Notes under the pieces: model-generated | The model's database searches: none | The model's input: the letters and a program-made list of their open reading frames with translations, nothing else | What the model was told of the DNA's origin: nothing | Translations under genes and position numbers: made by a program | NCBI GenBank assembly: GCA_964016885.1 | Contig: OZ024746.1 | Coordinates: 11,470,001 to 11,534,000, forward strand | Direction: 5' to 3' | DNA from: Eledone cirrhosa | Taxonomy: Eukaryota | Length of the DNA stretch: 64,000 nt | Part shown: positions 12,836 to 26,300 of the stretch, piece after piece | How the letters are laid out: each line of letters begins with the position of its first letter | Position numbering within the stretch: the first letter of the stretch is position 1

Positions 12836-14109
12836 TTATTATTACTATTACTGTGTTTCTTGTGGATTGTGTACCATATATTTCTACTGCTCCATAAATT
12901 GATAGTTAACTCTTTTAGGGACTAGTTGATGCCTTTCATTCTCATCTCAATAGGACCCTACACCTGGGGAAGGGGCAGTTTATCTGAACTTTGAAAAACT
13001 TTATACATAGCATCAATTTTGGTAGCCAGCCAACATGGGAATATACAGTGAGGAAATACAAGCAATGAGGAAGAGGAAGTTGCCACTAAAAGCCTTCCCT
13101 TTGATCCTTTCAATGAAGAAGACTTCCCTTCTCTCTCAATCAGCAACACAACCACCACCACAAATAGAGTTCCTGATCTAAATGAGTCAGGAAAAGCATG
13201 AAAACATCTCCAATCTAATTGAGCTGCCACAGCTGTTTGTAGCAGTGAAAGGGAGAAAGTTCAGGGGCCACATATGCTGTACCATCAACAATCTGTGAGC
13301 CTTCTGTCCACAGCAGAGAACAAAATAATAAAGGCCTACACTGCTGCCAATACACATCTACAACATCAACAACAGTAACAACAAAAACAACTGTAACAGA
13401 AATCCTCAAAACAACAACAATAACAACAAAACCTGCCACCACAACAAAAAGAAGTCTCACAGCAAAACCACACACACACGCACACGTGCACACACACAAA
13501 CAAACACAAACACACTTACTTTCTCCTCCCTTCTCAGATCTGTCTAACTTCAAGGCCTAACTACAAGAGGTCATTTTTGAAGTGAAGAGAGAAAAATAGA
13601 AATTAACATTTTTTTTAAATGCTGGAAGATTCAATGATGCAGTAGAGAAGCCATCAACCAGTCACACACCCACACCATCGCTGCCACCACCATAACAACA
13701 ACAACAGTCAAACCTGCCACCACCACCACCAGAACAACAACAACAACAACCACTACAATGAGCAACAACTGAAAAAAGACAGAAACACAAAAACAAGAGA
13801 AACCCCAGCAACAACAGCCAAACTCACAGAACAAAACAGAGAAATTCTTTCAAGGAGCTGAGGAATTTCACAAAAGAAATAATATACACAAAGAGGGGGG
13901 GGGGGTTGTGAAGCTCATTCCCAGGAAACTATTAAATAGACTTCTCTTGATAATGTCAAAAGAAGTCTAATGGAACTCAAGGAAAACATTCTTAGAGAAC
14001 ATGGAAATTCTCAAGACTTTCAAGAAATTTCCCTTTCTTCAGTTGAAAAAATTAAATAACTTGTCTTTTTTTATGACAAGAGAGTGACCATCTTCATTCT
14101 TTTTCTTCA

Positions 14110-14700
14110 GCTAGCATTGCCACATTCAGAGTAGAATGTATATATGACCTGGGATCAGCTTGGAAGCAAAGTGGTTACTTGCTCAACAAACTAAAGTCAC
14201 CAGATATAGATCTGGTAGCCATCAGCAAAGCCAGGATTTCCCGGATGCTTGCATTTGCACACATCTTCAATGACAATGAGGTGTGTGTATCACTTGGTTG
14301 GCCTAGATTAGGTGGGAGGGTGATGAAGGTATGGATGATATTCTTAGACCCAGTTGATGATACTGGATGTAAGCTGTAGCAATAGTAGTGCCTTCAAACT
14401 AAGGCCATTTACACTCCAACTGAGAGTGGCCAGATTTCTTCAGGCATCTAGAAGTGTTCTTGGAATCATCCCACTCTTTAATACTAGAGGGAGACTGGAA
14501 TGGCATTTTAGAAGCACACTGAGGTTGTGTGGAGTTAGCCGACAGAAGAGCAGGCTATCAGCAAATGTATACATCACTGTAATGGTGTCAGACAATGTAG
14601 CTTGTCTCTGAGCTGCAGACCTGGATCAAGCGAAGACCAATAATGAGTACCTGGCATCTGAAATGCTGTCAGGTGCCCACAGCCCTCTACCAGTTGGGTA
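14110..14700 (+). mobile_element. Degraded L1/Tx1-like apurinic endonuclease (ORF2 N-terminal) fragment
   Basis: LLNKLKSPDIDLVAISKAR...AIYTPTES...FFRHLEVFLESSHSLILEGDWNGIL resembles the APE motifs DI..(Q/S)ET, IYAP and GDWN. Confidence 0.65.
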
Positions 14701-15086
14701 ATGCAGCTACTGGAACTTCATTTGATTTGATTCCAATGTAAACCCCCAACATGTCCCCGTAATATCTCCTTATCCGTCGCCCTTGTTGCAATAATAAACA
14801 AATTATCATCATTATTATCATTGTTATTATTATTGTTCTAATCATCATAACTCTTTATTTGAGAGAAAAGAGAAAGATACCTGTTTGTTTATTGTTTTGT
14901 TATTTTTTTTTTTAAATTTCAAATTTAAATTTTAATACCAAATTTTCTTCCCTAAAATTCACTTGATCCTCAACTCAGAGGAAATTTGTCCTTCATTCAT
15001 AATTGTAAGTTTTTATTTCAGCATCTTCTGTTAAAAATTATGAGATAATGGAAAAAAACAATGTTTCAAACTTTTGTACACGTTTG

Positions 15087-15658
15087 CTAGGAGATCATGC
15101 TAGGTGGGGGCCCACCATGACCCTGCACCTGAACAGCATCACTCATGTCTTTTCTCTGGGAATTGTCTGGTTGCTGAATTGTAAAAACAGTGGAGTCTGC
15201 GGTCCCAGCAGTTACATGTCCTTTCTGATGTGCGTTTGGGAACATCACTTGCAGTGGCTGATTTTTTAGCTTATTATTACCAACTGGTTTTGTTATTACC
15301 TTGCTCCCGCTGGTTGACTTGATATGCGTGTGTGATGACAGTATTTGTTGTTGTTGCTGTTGTTGACCACCACTAGTTTTGCTGCTGTTACTTTTCTTAC
15401 TTAAAGTGTTCAATGCTGATGTTGCTGAAGCTAATGTTGGTGATGAAGTTGATGACTTAATATTACTGCTGCCCCTGCCTGTAACAACACTACCACCACT
15501 GTTGTTGCTTGACATCTGAGCTTTGCTACCACCTGCTGATGAAGATGAACTTGCTGAGTGACGAGCCTTGCTGCTGTGGACATTAGCAGCTTGATTTGAC
15601 TTGTGTGATCGATGGCTTGATCCCTGAGCCCCGTGTCGAAGATTGCTTGAACTTTTAT
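15087..15658 (-). CDS. ATXN7: Ataxin-7-family gene, last coding exon (low-complexity S/G/Q-rich C-terminus with Q7)
   Basis: Acceptor TGTTTTTCTGTTTGCAG (AG at 15660-15659). The phase-1 junction gives (G)AT AAA AGT... = DKSSSNLRHGAQGSSHRSHK..., which runs in frame into ORF 15087-15515 and its TAG. AATAAA on the minus strand at ~15012 and ~14854. Confidence 0.75.
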
Positions 15659-15943
15659 CTGCAAACAGAAAAACAACAGAATTTACTTACACACCAAAAT
15701 GCCAGGCATGAGCTATCACAAGAGTAGACTACACCCAGGGAGATAAACCTCTACTCTGGGACATCATGTACTGCAACACATCTTCCAGCCCCAACCTTGT
15801 TGTTTTGACCATAAAACCCAGCATTGCAACCTGTAATGAGGAGGAGGAGAGGAATATAGCCAAATACTGGGACTTGATCAACCACTTCCTTTTCGTGGAG
15901 GTCACTGTCAAAACCCCTGATGTCCTTGGTCCCTGAACATTCA

Positions 15944-16160
15944 ATGCTCAAATGGACCAAGGTACCAAGGTACCACGTAAAAACAACTCACTGCTCAAAA
16001 TGGACCAAGGTACCAAATAAAAACAACTCACTGCTCCAAATGGACCAAGGTACCACAAGGTAAAAACAACTCACTGCTCTAAATAGTCTGAGGTACCATA
16101 AGGTAAAAACAACTCACTGCTCTAAATAGTCTGAGGTACCATAAGGTAAAAACAACTCAT
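15944..16160. repeat. ~40-43-bp minisatellite, ~5 copies, in the last intron
   Basis: Units AAAACAACTCACTGCTC...GGTACC; the last two copies are 43 bp apart. Confidence 0.85.
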
Positions 16161-16466
16161 AAAAATAGATGAGTAATACTGGATGGGAAAATGTTGGGAG
16201 TTAGTAGTTGGGGGTATATATAGTAGATGTAAACAATGAAAGATGTTTGAAGATGTTGAAACATCAGCTCTCACAGTGTGTTACAGAATCAAGACACAAA
16301 AAAATATAATTCTCAGGTGTATGCCAAGATGTAAAAACACACATCTACACAATACTGATGATGAGAATGATGCGATGATGATTAAAATAGAATGTATGGT
16401 GAAATAGTGAAAAAATGTTGAGTTTGGTAAATTGACATAAATAGCAACAATGGCATAACTACTTAC

Positions 16467-16533
16467 CAGAGGGGGACGGTATTATTCCATTGAGTAACGG
16501 AGATGATGCTGTGACCTGGGGACTCACAGAACC
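16467..16533 (-). CDS. ATXN7: Ataxin-7-family gene, 67-nt internal exon (GSVSPQVTASSPLLNGIIPSPS-G)
   Basis: Acceptor TTTTTCTTCTTATCTTTCTGTAG and donor CTG/GTAAGT. Phase 0 in and phase 1 out, matching both neighbouring exons. Confidence 0.75.
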
Positions 16534-16916
16534 CTACAGAAAGATAAGAAGAAAAATTAGATAAAATCTACAACTAAAACTTTAATATACAACTCTAAGA
16601 GACATGGTAAGTTATAAAAGACTTTAGAGAGTTGCTGCTAGCTGAGTATTAAGTTACTGATGTATTAGACGGAGACATAATACTTTGTATCTTATAACTG
16701 GTATTCTGCCGTGTCAGTGCATACATTGGGAAATTGGTGCCATACAAATGTATAATTGTGTCAGCTGTGAACAGTAAACATTGTTATTGCTGTACACTAA
16801 AACACAGCCAAACCCAGCAATAAGACGGAATAAAACGAAGAAGGAAAGAAAAGAAAAACTTCCCAATAATGTCTGGATTGATAATTTGTAAATCAAAGAT
16901 GCTCTTCCTACTTTGG

Positions 16917-17288
16917 CTGTTGTGACTGGTTGACACATGTCACCTTTCTGTTGTGACTGGTCGACACATGTCACCTTTCTGTTGTGACTGGTCGACACAT
17001 GTCACCTTTTTGTTGTGACTGGTCGACACATGTCACCTTTCTGTTGTGACTGGTCGACACATGTCACCTTTCTGTTGTGACTGGTCGACGCATGTCACTT
17101 TTCTGTTGTGACTGGTCGACACATGTCACTTTTCTGTTGTGACTGGTTGACATGTTACCTTTCTGTTGTGACTGGTCGACACCTGTCATGTTACTGTTGT
17201 GACTGGTCGACACATGTCACTTTTCTGTTGTGACTGGTTGACACCTGTCACCTTTCTATTGTGACTGGTTGACACCTGTCACCTTTCT
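16917..17288. repeat. 31-bp minisatellite, ~12 copies, internally palindromic
   Basis: Unit CTGTTGTGACTGGTCGACACATGTCACCTTT. Confidence 0.92.
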
Positions 17289-18199
17289 AGTGTCTACTTC
17301 CAACACCTGTCAGTCACACAACAAAGAATAGTTTGGAAGAACAAGACTTTCTGATTTGTCTTCATTTGATAAAGAAGTTCTAACCTTGAAATATTAAGAA
17401 ATATCCATCTAACCCATGCAAGTATGGAAAACAGATATTAACCAGTGGTAGTGATGTTAGTAGTAGTGATGCTGATGATGAGGAGGAAGAGGAGGGTAAA
17501 AACTATTGTTTTATTTTGTCATTCCTAATTTATTCTACTCTAGTTCCACCAGTATATTTCCTATTTGCATTCTATCAACTTTCCAACATTCTTGGTGAGA
17601 TGTTAGACGTTTAGAACAGTATTTGGAATTTGAAAAGCATGGACCATGGCTAGAGAATTGCAATCATTAGAATGGTTTCAGTAACATAATGGTGTGCCAG
17701 CATCACAGTCCTTACGTTAATATAACCCTTTTTATATTAACATCCCCATATCTGCCTCAGGTTCTATAAAACAAAACACCCATTCTAAAAGGTTCCTATT
17801 TGAATTAAAATCTTCCAACATAATTTGAAATAAGAACCTTTTTGTTAAATAATATTACAAATGATTATTTTAATAAATCCCTCTAAATTCTTCATTAATT
17901 AATTCAAATATAGTGTGTTTGATTACAAATATGGTATTGAAAAAGTTAAGATAATTGTCTTCTGTTTATTCCTTTTAGCATTACTAAAGATTCTAGATTA
18001 TTTAGAACAGGATCCTAATAAGCTAACTCTATGAACTGATTTAATTTTGATCTTCCAGTTGAAGTCATTTCACTTCCTTTACATTGCCAATACTTTTCTG
18101 GAAGACATAAACATCATAATTGATCATTTCCTCTTTTTAAATGTTCAGGGCTTATAGGGCTTATAAACAGATAAGAAATGTTTATGTCACATGTCCCTT

Positions 18200-18601
18200 C
18201 ACCTACTGTAACAACCTCTACTTCAACTATAACTACCCTCACACCCACTGTAACAACCTCTACTTCAACTATAACTACCCTCACACCCACTGTAACAACC
18301 TCTACTTCAACTATAACTACCCTCACACCCACTGTAACAACCTCTACTTCAACTATAACTACCCTCACACCCACTGTAACAACCTCTACTTCAACTATAA
18401 CTACCCTCACACCCACTGTAACAACCTCTACTTCAACTATAACTACACTCACACCCACTGTAACAACCTCTTCTTCAACTATAACTACCCTCACACCTAC
18501 TGTAACAACCTCTACTTCAACTATAACTACCCTCACACCTACTGTAACAACCTCTACTTCAACTATAACTACCCTCACACCCACTGTAACAACCTCTTCT
18601 T
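18200..18601. repeat. 42-bp minisatellite, ~9.5 copies
   Basis: Unit ACTGTAACAACCTCTACTTCAACTATAACTACCCTCACACCC; it produces the TVTTSTSTITTLTP pseudo-ORF. Confidence 0.95.
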
Positions 18602-20283
18602 CTAATGTAACAGTTCCTTCTACTGTATCTTTGGTTCTGACACTATAAGCTCCTATTTTAACCATATCAGTCCCTGCTCCTTTGAAGCTGCTAATTCCAT
18701 TTCATTTCCATTGAATATTACTTATCATACCTGGATTTCCATGTCTCACCTCACTGTCTCAACCTCTAGATCCTGCAATAATCAGTGCTTTGTTCCAGAA
18801 ATATTCAGATATTTCTATCCCTATTTTTTTTCACTACCAAACAATATTATAAACTTCAATATCAACATCCTTAATGTTATTCACCTTTCCATTATCAAAA
18901 AGTATCTACTAGCTTCCAGTAAACACATTCTTTTCAAGAAAAATAAATATTGTGAGCAATTTTCATGGCAGAATGTATAAGTTGTAAGAAAACAAACAAA
19001 CAAAAATATACAAAGGAAATCAATAAAACACTTTGTTCAACAACAAGTGTTCTCAAATTATTTTTCCTAACAAATTCAAAACAAAATCATTCCCATTGCA
19101 ATCTTGATAAAATTGTTTAGCTTAAAAATAAATCAGGAACAAAGCTTTTTGTCACTTTTAGTAAAGCTAACTGAGAGGGAAAAAACAATTCATAAACATT
19201 CCAATACAGATAAAATAAAGTAAAAAGCTCTCAAAGTATCAGTTAAGAATCTAACAAATCCAATGTGTTGAATATGACAAAAATAGCTAATCTCTTGACA
19301 ATTGTCTCTCTCTTGCTTGTCTTTTTTCTTTATTATATTCTAACAAACAACAATTTAAAATAAGCTTGTCAGTGATAGCACATAAAATCTGTTCCATCAG
19401 ATTGTTAGTGAAGTCCTATACCTCTCAAGCCACCGGAGCCTGTTGTGTATCTAATGCATCTCAATATTCATTCCTCCCCAAACTACATAAATGATAGGCT
19501 TTGAAACGAGCAATGAAGAGAGAGAGAGAGAAATTGTGTGTGTGTGTGTATCTATATATAAATTAGCTGTTGAAATGGCTCAGTATTTATGTGCCTTAAC
19601 AGCAAAGTATCTTGTTGAACAGTAGAGATTTCTAGCATTCTTGGTCTCCAAACCACTTCTATATTTACTGCTATAGGAGTTGAGTTGGCCACCCACAGAA
19701 GTGAGCCTCATAAGCTGGAATGGCTATATCAATGCATCTCCCTTACTATCCTCTAAGTTAATGCTTTCTCCATTTTGTCCCCTGGTACTATGGGTTTGTG
19801 CCTGGAATTTTATACAATGGAGAACATTCTCCCTCACTGTTCAGGCATGTATCATTGTGCTGGTGATGGTATACATTGCTGACATCTACAACATCTATCA
19901 GCACACACACTTATTTATCAGAGTTACTATTATTAGTTTTTGTTAAAATTTGTGAAACTGCTTAATTCAATTGGGATTCAGAATTGTAGTCTTACAACAC
20001 AAGTTTTCATTTAGCCTAAGAGAGTAAGTTTACAGTTGTAAACAAGACTATGGTGTGCTTAACATATCAACTGAGAATTTAGGAATGAACTGACTTACAT
20101 TGCAATCAGTGGTAAATTAATGATTAAAAATGTCAAGAATGCCATCTCAAATATTTCCCTGTCTATTTTGTAGATCCACAAACTGGGTGGGAAAGATCTA
20201 CAGTAATTCAAAACTCCCCTGCTTGATATTATCAAACTTTATTCATAAAATGGCATGTCACATGTAGCTTCATTCCTCTAGGT

Positions 20284-20596
20284 CAGTGGTTCCCAGATTA
20301 TTTTTCACTCATGGCACATTTGTGAAAAAGTAAAAATATGTTAGTGCACTTTGTACCATAAATTTGAAAACTTATTCAAAAAAGTTTTTCATACATATTA
20401 GCATAACATAGAGTTATAAGATTCTAGGCCCATCTTTCACAAATACTTGTTTGCCACTTTGACAGCTATATATGAACTTTCATATAAATTTCAGTTTGTA
20501 TTTTTCACATCTTAAATTTTAATCTTACTTTCATGGTGCATTTAATTATATCCCATCTAGTTACATGCACCACAGCACACAGTTTGGGAACTAATA
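20284..20596. mobile_element. hAT-Charlie-like MITE
   Basis: Starts CAGTGGTTCCCA and ends TGGGAACTAATA. 8-bp TSD CTCTAGGT / CTCTAAGT. Confidence 0.7.
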
Positions 20597-21644
20597 CTCT
20601 AAGTTACACATTAACATTTCATCAGGGAGGGGAGTCGATAATTTGGCACCAAACAACAACAACAACAGAATGCTGATGATCAATAAATGCAGATTTGTGT
20701 GTATAAAGAGATGTACTGTTGTTTCCAAACACATCAATCAACACAGAACATAAATGGACATAACTAAATACAGCAATGTAATTTATGCAGTTTTCCACCA
20801 TTTCTGTCACTAATGGATAGTTAGTTACATTCAGTTATTTTTACTAAGAATAAGTCCCTTAAATCTTAGAAGAGATGGGAAGGGGAAATTGAGACATTCT
20901 TCCTATTCCATAAGAGTATTACCAATGAAAAATGAAACACAATAAACATCAAAACAAACAAGAGAATAACAATATTTCAATTTAAAAACAAATTCTGAAA
21001 TGAAATATAATCTGGTTGGGAATTTGTAAACAAATTTAAGAAGATTAAAATTAAATAAATAAACTGAAAGGGTGACTAAAGCAGATAGATTAATAATAGA
21101 ATAGCTTTGATCTGAATAAAAAAAATCCAGCTGGAATCACATTATAAATGAAAAGAAAAATCTGTCAAATTGGAATAGTGTTTCATATTTCTTTGTCAGA
21201 TAGCGCCACCAAGGAAAAAACAAAAAACAAAACAATTGTAGTTGTGTGGGTTCCAATGTACATTTAGATATATGTAATAAAGATATTTCTCTTGTGACTG
21301 GCCTGAAGAAACACTCAGTGACTGTTAGGAAGGAATTATATTGATTACAGAGAAAGCTCTGTTGACAGTTAAGAAAGACAGCTATTCTGGTAGACTCAAC
21401 AGTGATATGATTGATAACTGCAGATGTTTTTAATATCTATTGTGTTATAGAATATGAAGAAAAATTGGTTCTCCTACTTTCAAAATGATCTTAGCAATAA
21501 TTCTTAAGATTTACTGACATTAACACCAAATCTGAGATCAAGTCATGATGAGGACAATGAAAGGAGATAAATAAAATTTACTATGAGATATTCTAATATA
21601 AGATAAAACATCATCTCCACACACATGTGCATGCACACACACAC

Positions 21645-21706
<62 letters not shown>

Positions 21707-22539
21707 ATCACATATATACATACATACATACATACACACACATACATACATATATATAGTTATGGGAACAAGAAAGAGAGAACGAGGAAGAGGTTTGTAA
21801 TAATGCTTCTCTATAGATCTTTCTGTGTGTCACCCAAGACCACACAACAGACTACAATAGTGTTGTGTTTGGTATATTGATTTGAAGTAACTGCCTGTCT
21901 CATGATGTTTTTATCTCCAGTGCAAAAAGAAAGTTAGGTAACAATGCATGCGGAGGAGAGTGACATGAGGGTGAATGTAGAAAAAGAAAAAGGTTTAGGT
22001 TAGTATTTTGCTGGCTCCTACTTCACCTTTAGGTGTATACAATAAAATTAAATATAGTCATAGTTTTATGGTTTAGAAGTTTATTTCTAAAGCATGTAGC
22101 AGAGTGGTATCTTGAGGGAGTGTCCTCTGTTAGAAAGCCTAGGCAAGCCCAAGGCTATAAGTGAACTGAGTACATGGGAATTCTGTAATAGCCTGTCATA
22201 TCTATGTGTGTGTTTATGTATGTCTCCACATAAAAAATACTGTTAAGTCTGTGAATCTCTACCGTACTGATAAGTATGGGTTAACATCAAGAAGGACATC
22301 TGGTCATAGAAATTTGTCATGTATAAAGTGTGCTCCAGCTTGTCAAATCTTATAGTAAAAGAGTAAAAGAAAATTTTCCTAAGAAAATCTTTACCGAGAA
22401 TCACTTTAATTGTTTTTTGCTCTCTGTATGACAAAGGTCAGTCAGAGTAGAGTGAACCATTCCTAAATGGCAATCGTTTGTTCAGGATTATATAAGGTTG
22501 CTGGTTTTTCCTTTATCTCTCAAGAATATATTTAGTGCA

Positions 22540-22810
22540 GGTGCAGCATTAAAAGGCACCCATCACACTCTGTAAAGTGTTAGTTCAGGTGCCACAATAA
22601 AATGTACCCAGTTCACTCTGTAAAATGGCAATGTTGGTATCCAGAAAAATGCATCTAGTACAGCCTGTATGGCATCCAGTTGTAGAAACCATACCAAATA
22701 TGGAACATAAGTAAGACTGGTTGCTCCAATCTGTCTTGTCTCAGACTGTGACGTGTTAAACCCATGTCAATATGGAAAGGGGATGTAAAATGTTGTTAAT
22801 GATGATGATA
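22540..22810 (+). mobile_element. Old RTE 3'-tail fragment
   Basis: ggcacccatcacactctgtaaagtg...ggcatccagttgtagaaacc...cccatg...(GAT)n, like the RTE tails elsewhere in the window. Confidence 0.55.
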
Positions 22811-23100
22811 TTGTGGTGTTCTCTGTGAGTTGGTGACAGAATGATGTTGATACAATGCTTTTTGTAGGCATTTATCTTTTATGAAAAGCAAACAAAGGGT
22901 TGTGAGGACCCTACAGTTGTGTTTAGGACATGACAGCCTCTCCTTTGACGGCATAACAGAAAATGAGAAATTCAGGTATTGCATATCAATGTCACTACTT
23001 ATATATGTGTGCATGTGCAACCTTCAACATTTCCAGAAAACTCTACCAAAATACTTCCTTTTGAAAAACAGTGGGAACTTTCTGTCCAACCAATATTATA

Positions 23101-23244
23101 TGCATAGAGTTACGGCCCTTGCTATTCTGAGTTCAAATCCCGCCGAGGTTAACTTTGCCTTTCATCCTTACGGGGTCGATAAAATAAAGTACCAGTAATG
23201 TACTGGGTAATTTCTGGCCTTGTGCCAATAGTAGAAACAATTAT
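23101..23244 (+). mobile_element. Young SINE, 5'-truncated copy 4
   Basis: Near-identical to the reverse complement of 7513-7650. Confidence 0.88.
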
Positions 23245-23332
23245 CAAGTACCTACAGCACAGGGAAATAGAGTGCAATAGGGATTACAATTTGTAGATGG
23301 CAACATATCCATCATCAACCACATGATACAGT

Positions 23333-26300
23333 TACTGTGATTGGTCATAATACAGCTACTGTGATTGGTCATAATACAGCTATTGTGATTGGTCATAATA
23401 CAGCTATTGTGATTGGTCATAATACAGCTATTATGATTGGTCATAATACAGCTATTGTGATTGGTCATAATACAGCTACTGTGATTGGTCATAATACAGC
23501 TACTGTGATTGGTTATAATACAGCTATTGTGATTGGTCATAATACAGCTACTGTGATTGGTCATAATACAGCTACTGTGATTGGTCATAATACAGCTATT
23601 GTGATTGGTCATAATACAGCTATTGTGATTGGTCATAATACAGCTATTGTGATTGGTCATAATAAAGCTACTGTGATTGGTCATAATACAGCTATTGTGA
23701 TTGGTCATAATAGAGCTACTGTGATTGGTCATAATACAGCTATTGTGATTGGTCATAATACAGCTACTGTGATTGGTCATAATACAGCTATTGTGATTGG
23801 TCATAATACAGCTATTGTGATTGGTCATAATACAGCTACTGTGATTGGTCATAATACAGCTACTGTGATTGGTCATAATACAGCTATTGTGATTGGTCAT
23901 AATACAGCTACTATGATTGGTCATAATACAGCTATTGTGATTGGACATAATACAGCCACTGTGATTGGTCATAATACAGCTACTGTGATTGGTCATAATA
24001 CAGCTATTGTGATTGGTCATAATACAGCTATTGTGATTGGTCATAATACAGCTACTGTGATTGGTCATAATACAGCTATTGTGATTGGTCATAATACAGC
24101 TACTGTGATTGGTCATAATACAGCTATTGTGATTGGTCATAATACAGCTATTGTGATTGGTCATAATACAGCTACTGTGATTGGTCATAATACAGCTACT
24201 GTGATTGGTCATAATACAGCTATTGTGATTGGTCATAATACAGCTACTGTGATTGGTCATAATACAGCTATTGTGATTGGTCATAATACAGCTATTGTGA
24301 TTGGACATAATACAGCTACTGTGATTGGTCATAATACAGCTACTGTGATTGGTCATAATACAGCTATTGTGATTGGTCATAATACAGCTACTGTGATTGG
24401 TCATAATACAGCTACTGTGATTGGTTATAATACAGCTATTGTGATTGGTCATAATACAGCTATTGTGATTGGTCATAATACAGCTACTGTGATTGGTCAT
24501 AATACAGCTATTGTGATTGGACATAATACAGCTACTGTGATTGGTCATAATACAGCTATTGTGATTGGTCATAATACAGCTACTGTGATTGGTCATAATA
24601 CAGCTATTGTGATTGGTCATAATACAGCTATTGTGATTGGTCATAATACAGCTACTGTGATTGGTTATAATACAGCTATTGTGATTGGTCATAATACAGC
24701 TACTGTGATTGGTCATAATACAGCCACTGTGATTGGTCATAATACAGCTACTGTGATTGGTCATAATACAGCTATTGTGATTGGTCATAATACAGCTACT
24801 GTGATTGGTCATAATACAGCTATTGTGATTGGACATAATACAGCTACTGTGATTGGTTATAATACAGCTATTGTGATTGGTCATAATACAGCTACTGTGA
24901 TTGGTCATAATACAGCCACTGTGATTGGTCATAATACAGCTATTGTGATTGGTCATAATACAGCTACTGTGATTGGTCATAATACAGCTACTGTGATTGG
25001 TCATAATACAGCTATTGTGATTGGTCATAATACAGCTACTGTGATTGGTCATAATACAGCTACTGTGATTGGTTATAATACAGCTATTGTGATTGGTCAT
25101 AATACAGCTACTGTGATTGGTCATAATACAGCTACTGTGATTGGTTATAATACAGCTATTGTGATTGGTCATAATACAGCTACTGTGATTGGTCATAATA
25201 CAGCTATTGTGATTGGTCATAATACAGCTATTGTGATTGGTCATAATACAGCTACTGTGATTGGTCATAATACAGCTATTGTGATTGGTCATAATACAGC
25301 TATTGTGATTGGACATAATACAGCTACTGTGATTGGTCATAATACAGCTACTGTGATTGGTCATAATACAGCTATTGTGATTGGTCATAATACAGCTACT
25401 GTGATTGGTCATAATACAGCTACTGTGATTGGTTATAATACAGCTATTGTGATTGGTCATAATACAGCTATTGTGATTGGTCATAATACAGCTACTGTGA
25501 TTGGTCATAATACAGCTATTGTGATTGGACATAATACAGCTACTGTGATTGGTCATAATACAGCTATTGTGATTGGTCATAATACAGCTACTGTGATTGG
25601 TCATAATACAGCTATTGTGATTGGTCATAATACAGCTATTGTGATTGGTCATAATACAGCTACTGTGATTGGTCATAATACAGCTATTGTGATTGGACAT
25701 AATACAGCTACTGTGATTGGTCATAATACAGCTACTGTGATTGGTCATAATACAGCTATTGTGATTGGTCATAATACAGCTACTGTGATTGGTCATAATA
25801 CAGCTATTGTGATTGGTCATAATAAAGCTACTGTGATTGGTCATAATACAGCTATTGTGATTGGACATAATACAGCTACTGTGATTGGTCATAATACAGC
25901 TATTGTGATTGGTCATAATACAGCTACTGTGATTGGTCATAATACAGCTATTGTGATTGGTCATAATACAGCTATTGTGATTGGTCATAATACAGCTACT
26001 GTGATTGGTCATAATACAGCTATTGTGATTGGACATAATACAGCTACTGTGATTGGTCATAATACAGCTACTGTGATTGGTCATAATACAGCTATTGTGA
26101 TTGGTCATAATACAGCTACTGTGATTGGTCATAATACAGCTATTGTGATTGGTCATAATACAGCTACTGTGATTGGTCATAATACAGCTATTGTGATTGG
26201 TCATAATAAAGCTACTGTGATTGGTCATAATACAGCTATTGTGATTGGACATAATACAGCTACTGTGATTGGTCATAATACAGCTACTGTGATTGGTCAT

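Noticed and set aside
15431-15676. Alternative-frame ORF over the last exon
   Set aside because: Its phase is incompatible with the 67-nt exon; the DKSSSNLRH frame joins correctly and stays open to 15087.
10410-17288. CRISPR-like appearance of the 59-bp and palindromic 31-bp repeats
   Set aside because: The units are contiguous with no unique spacers, there are no cas genes, and the context is eukaryotic.
18114-18665. Mucin-like Thr-rich ORF and overlapping ORFs
   Set aside because: A 42-bp minisatellite open in several frames, with almost no synonymous divergence and no clear splice context.
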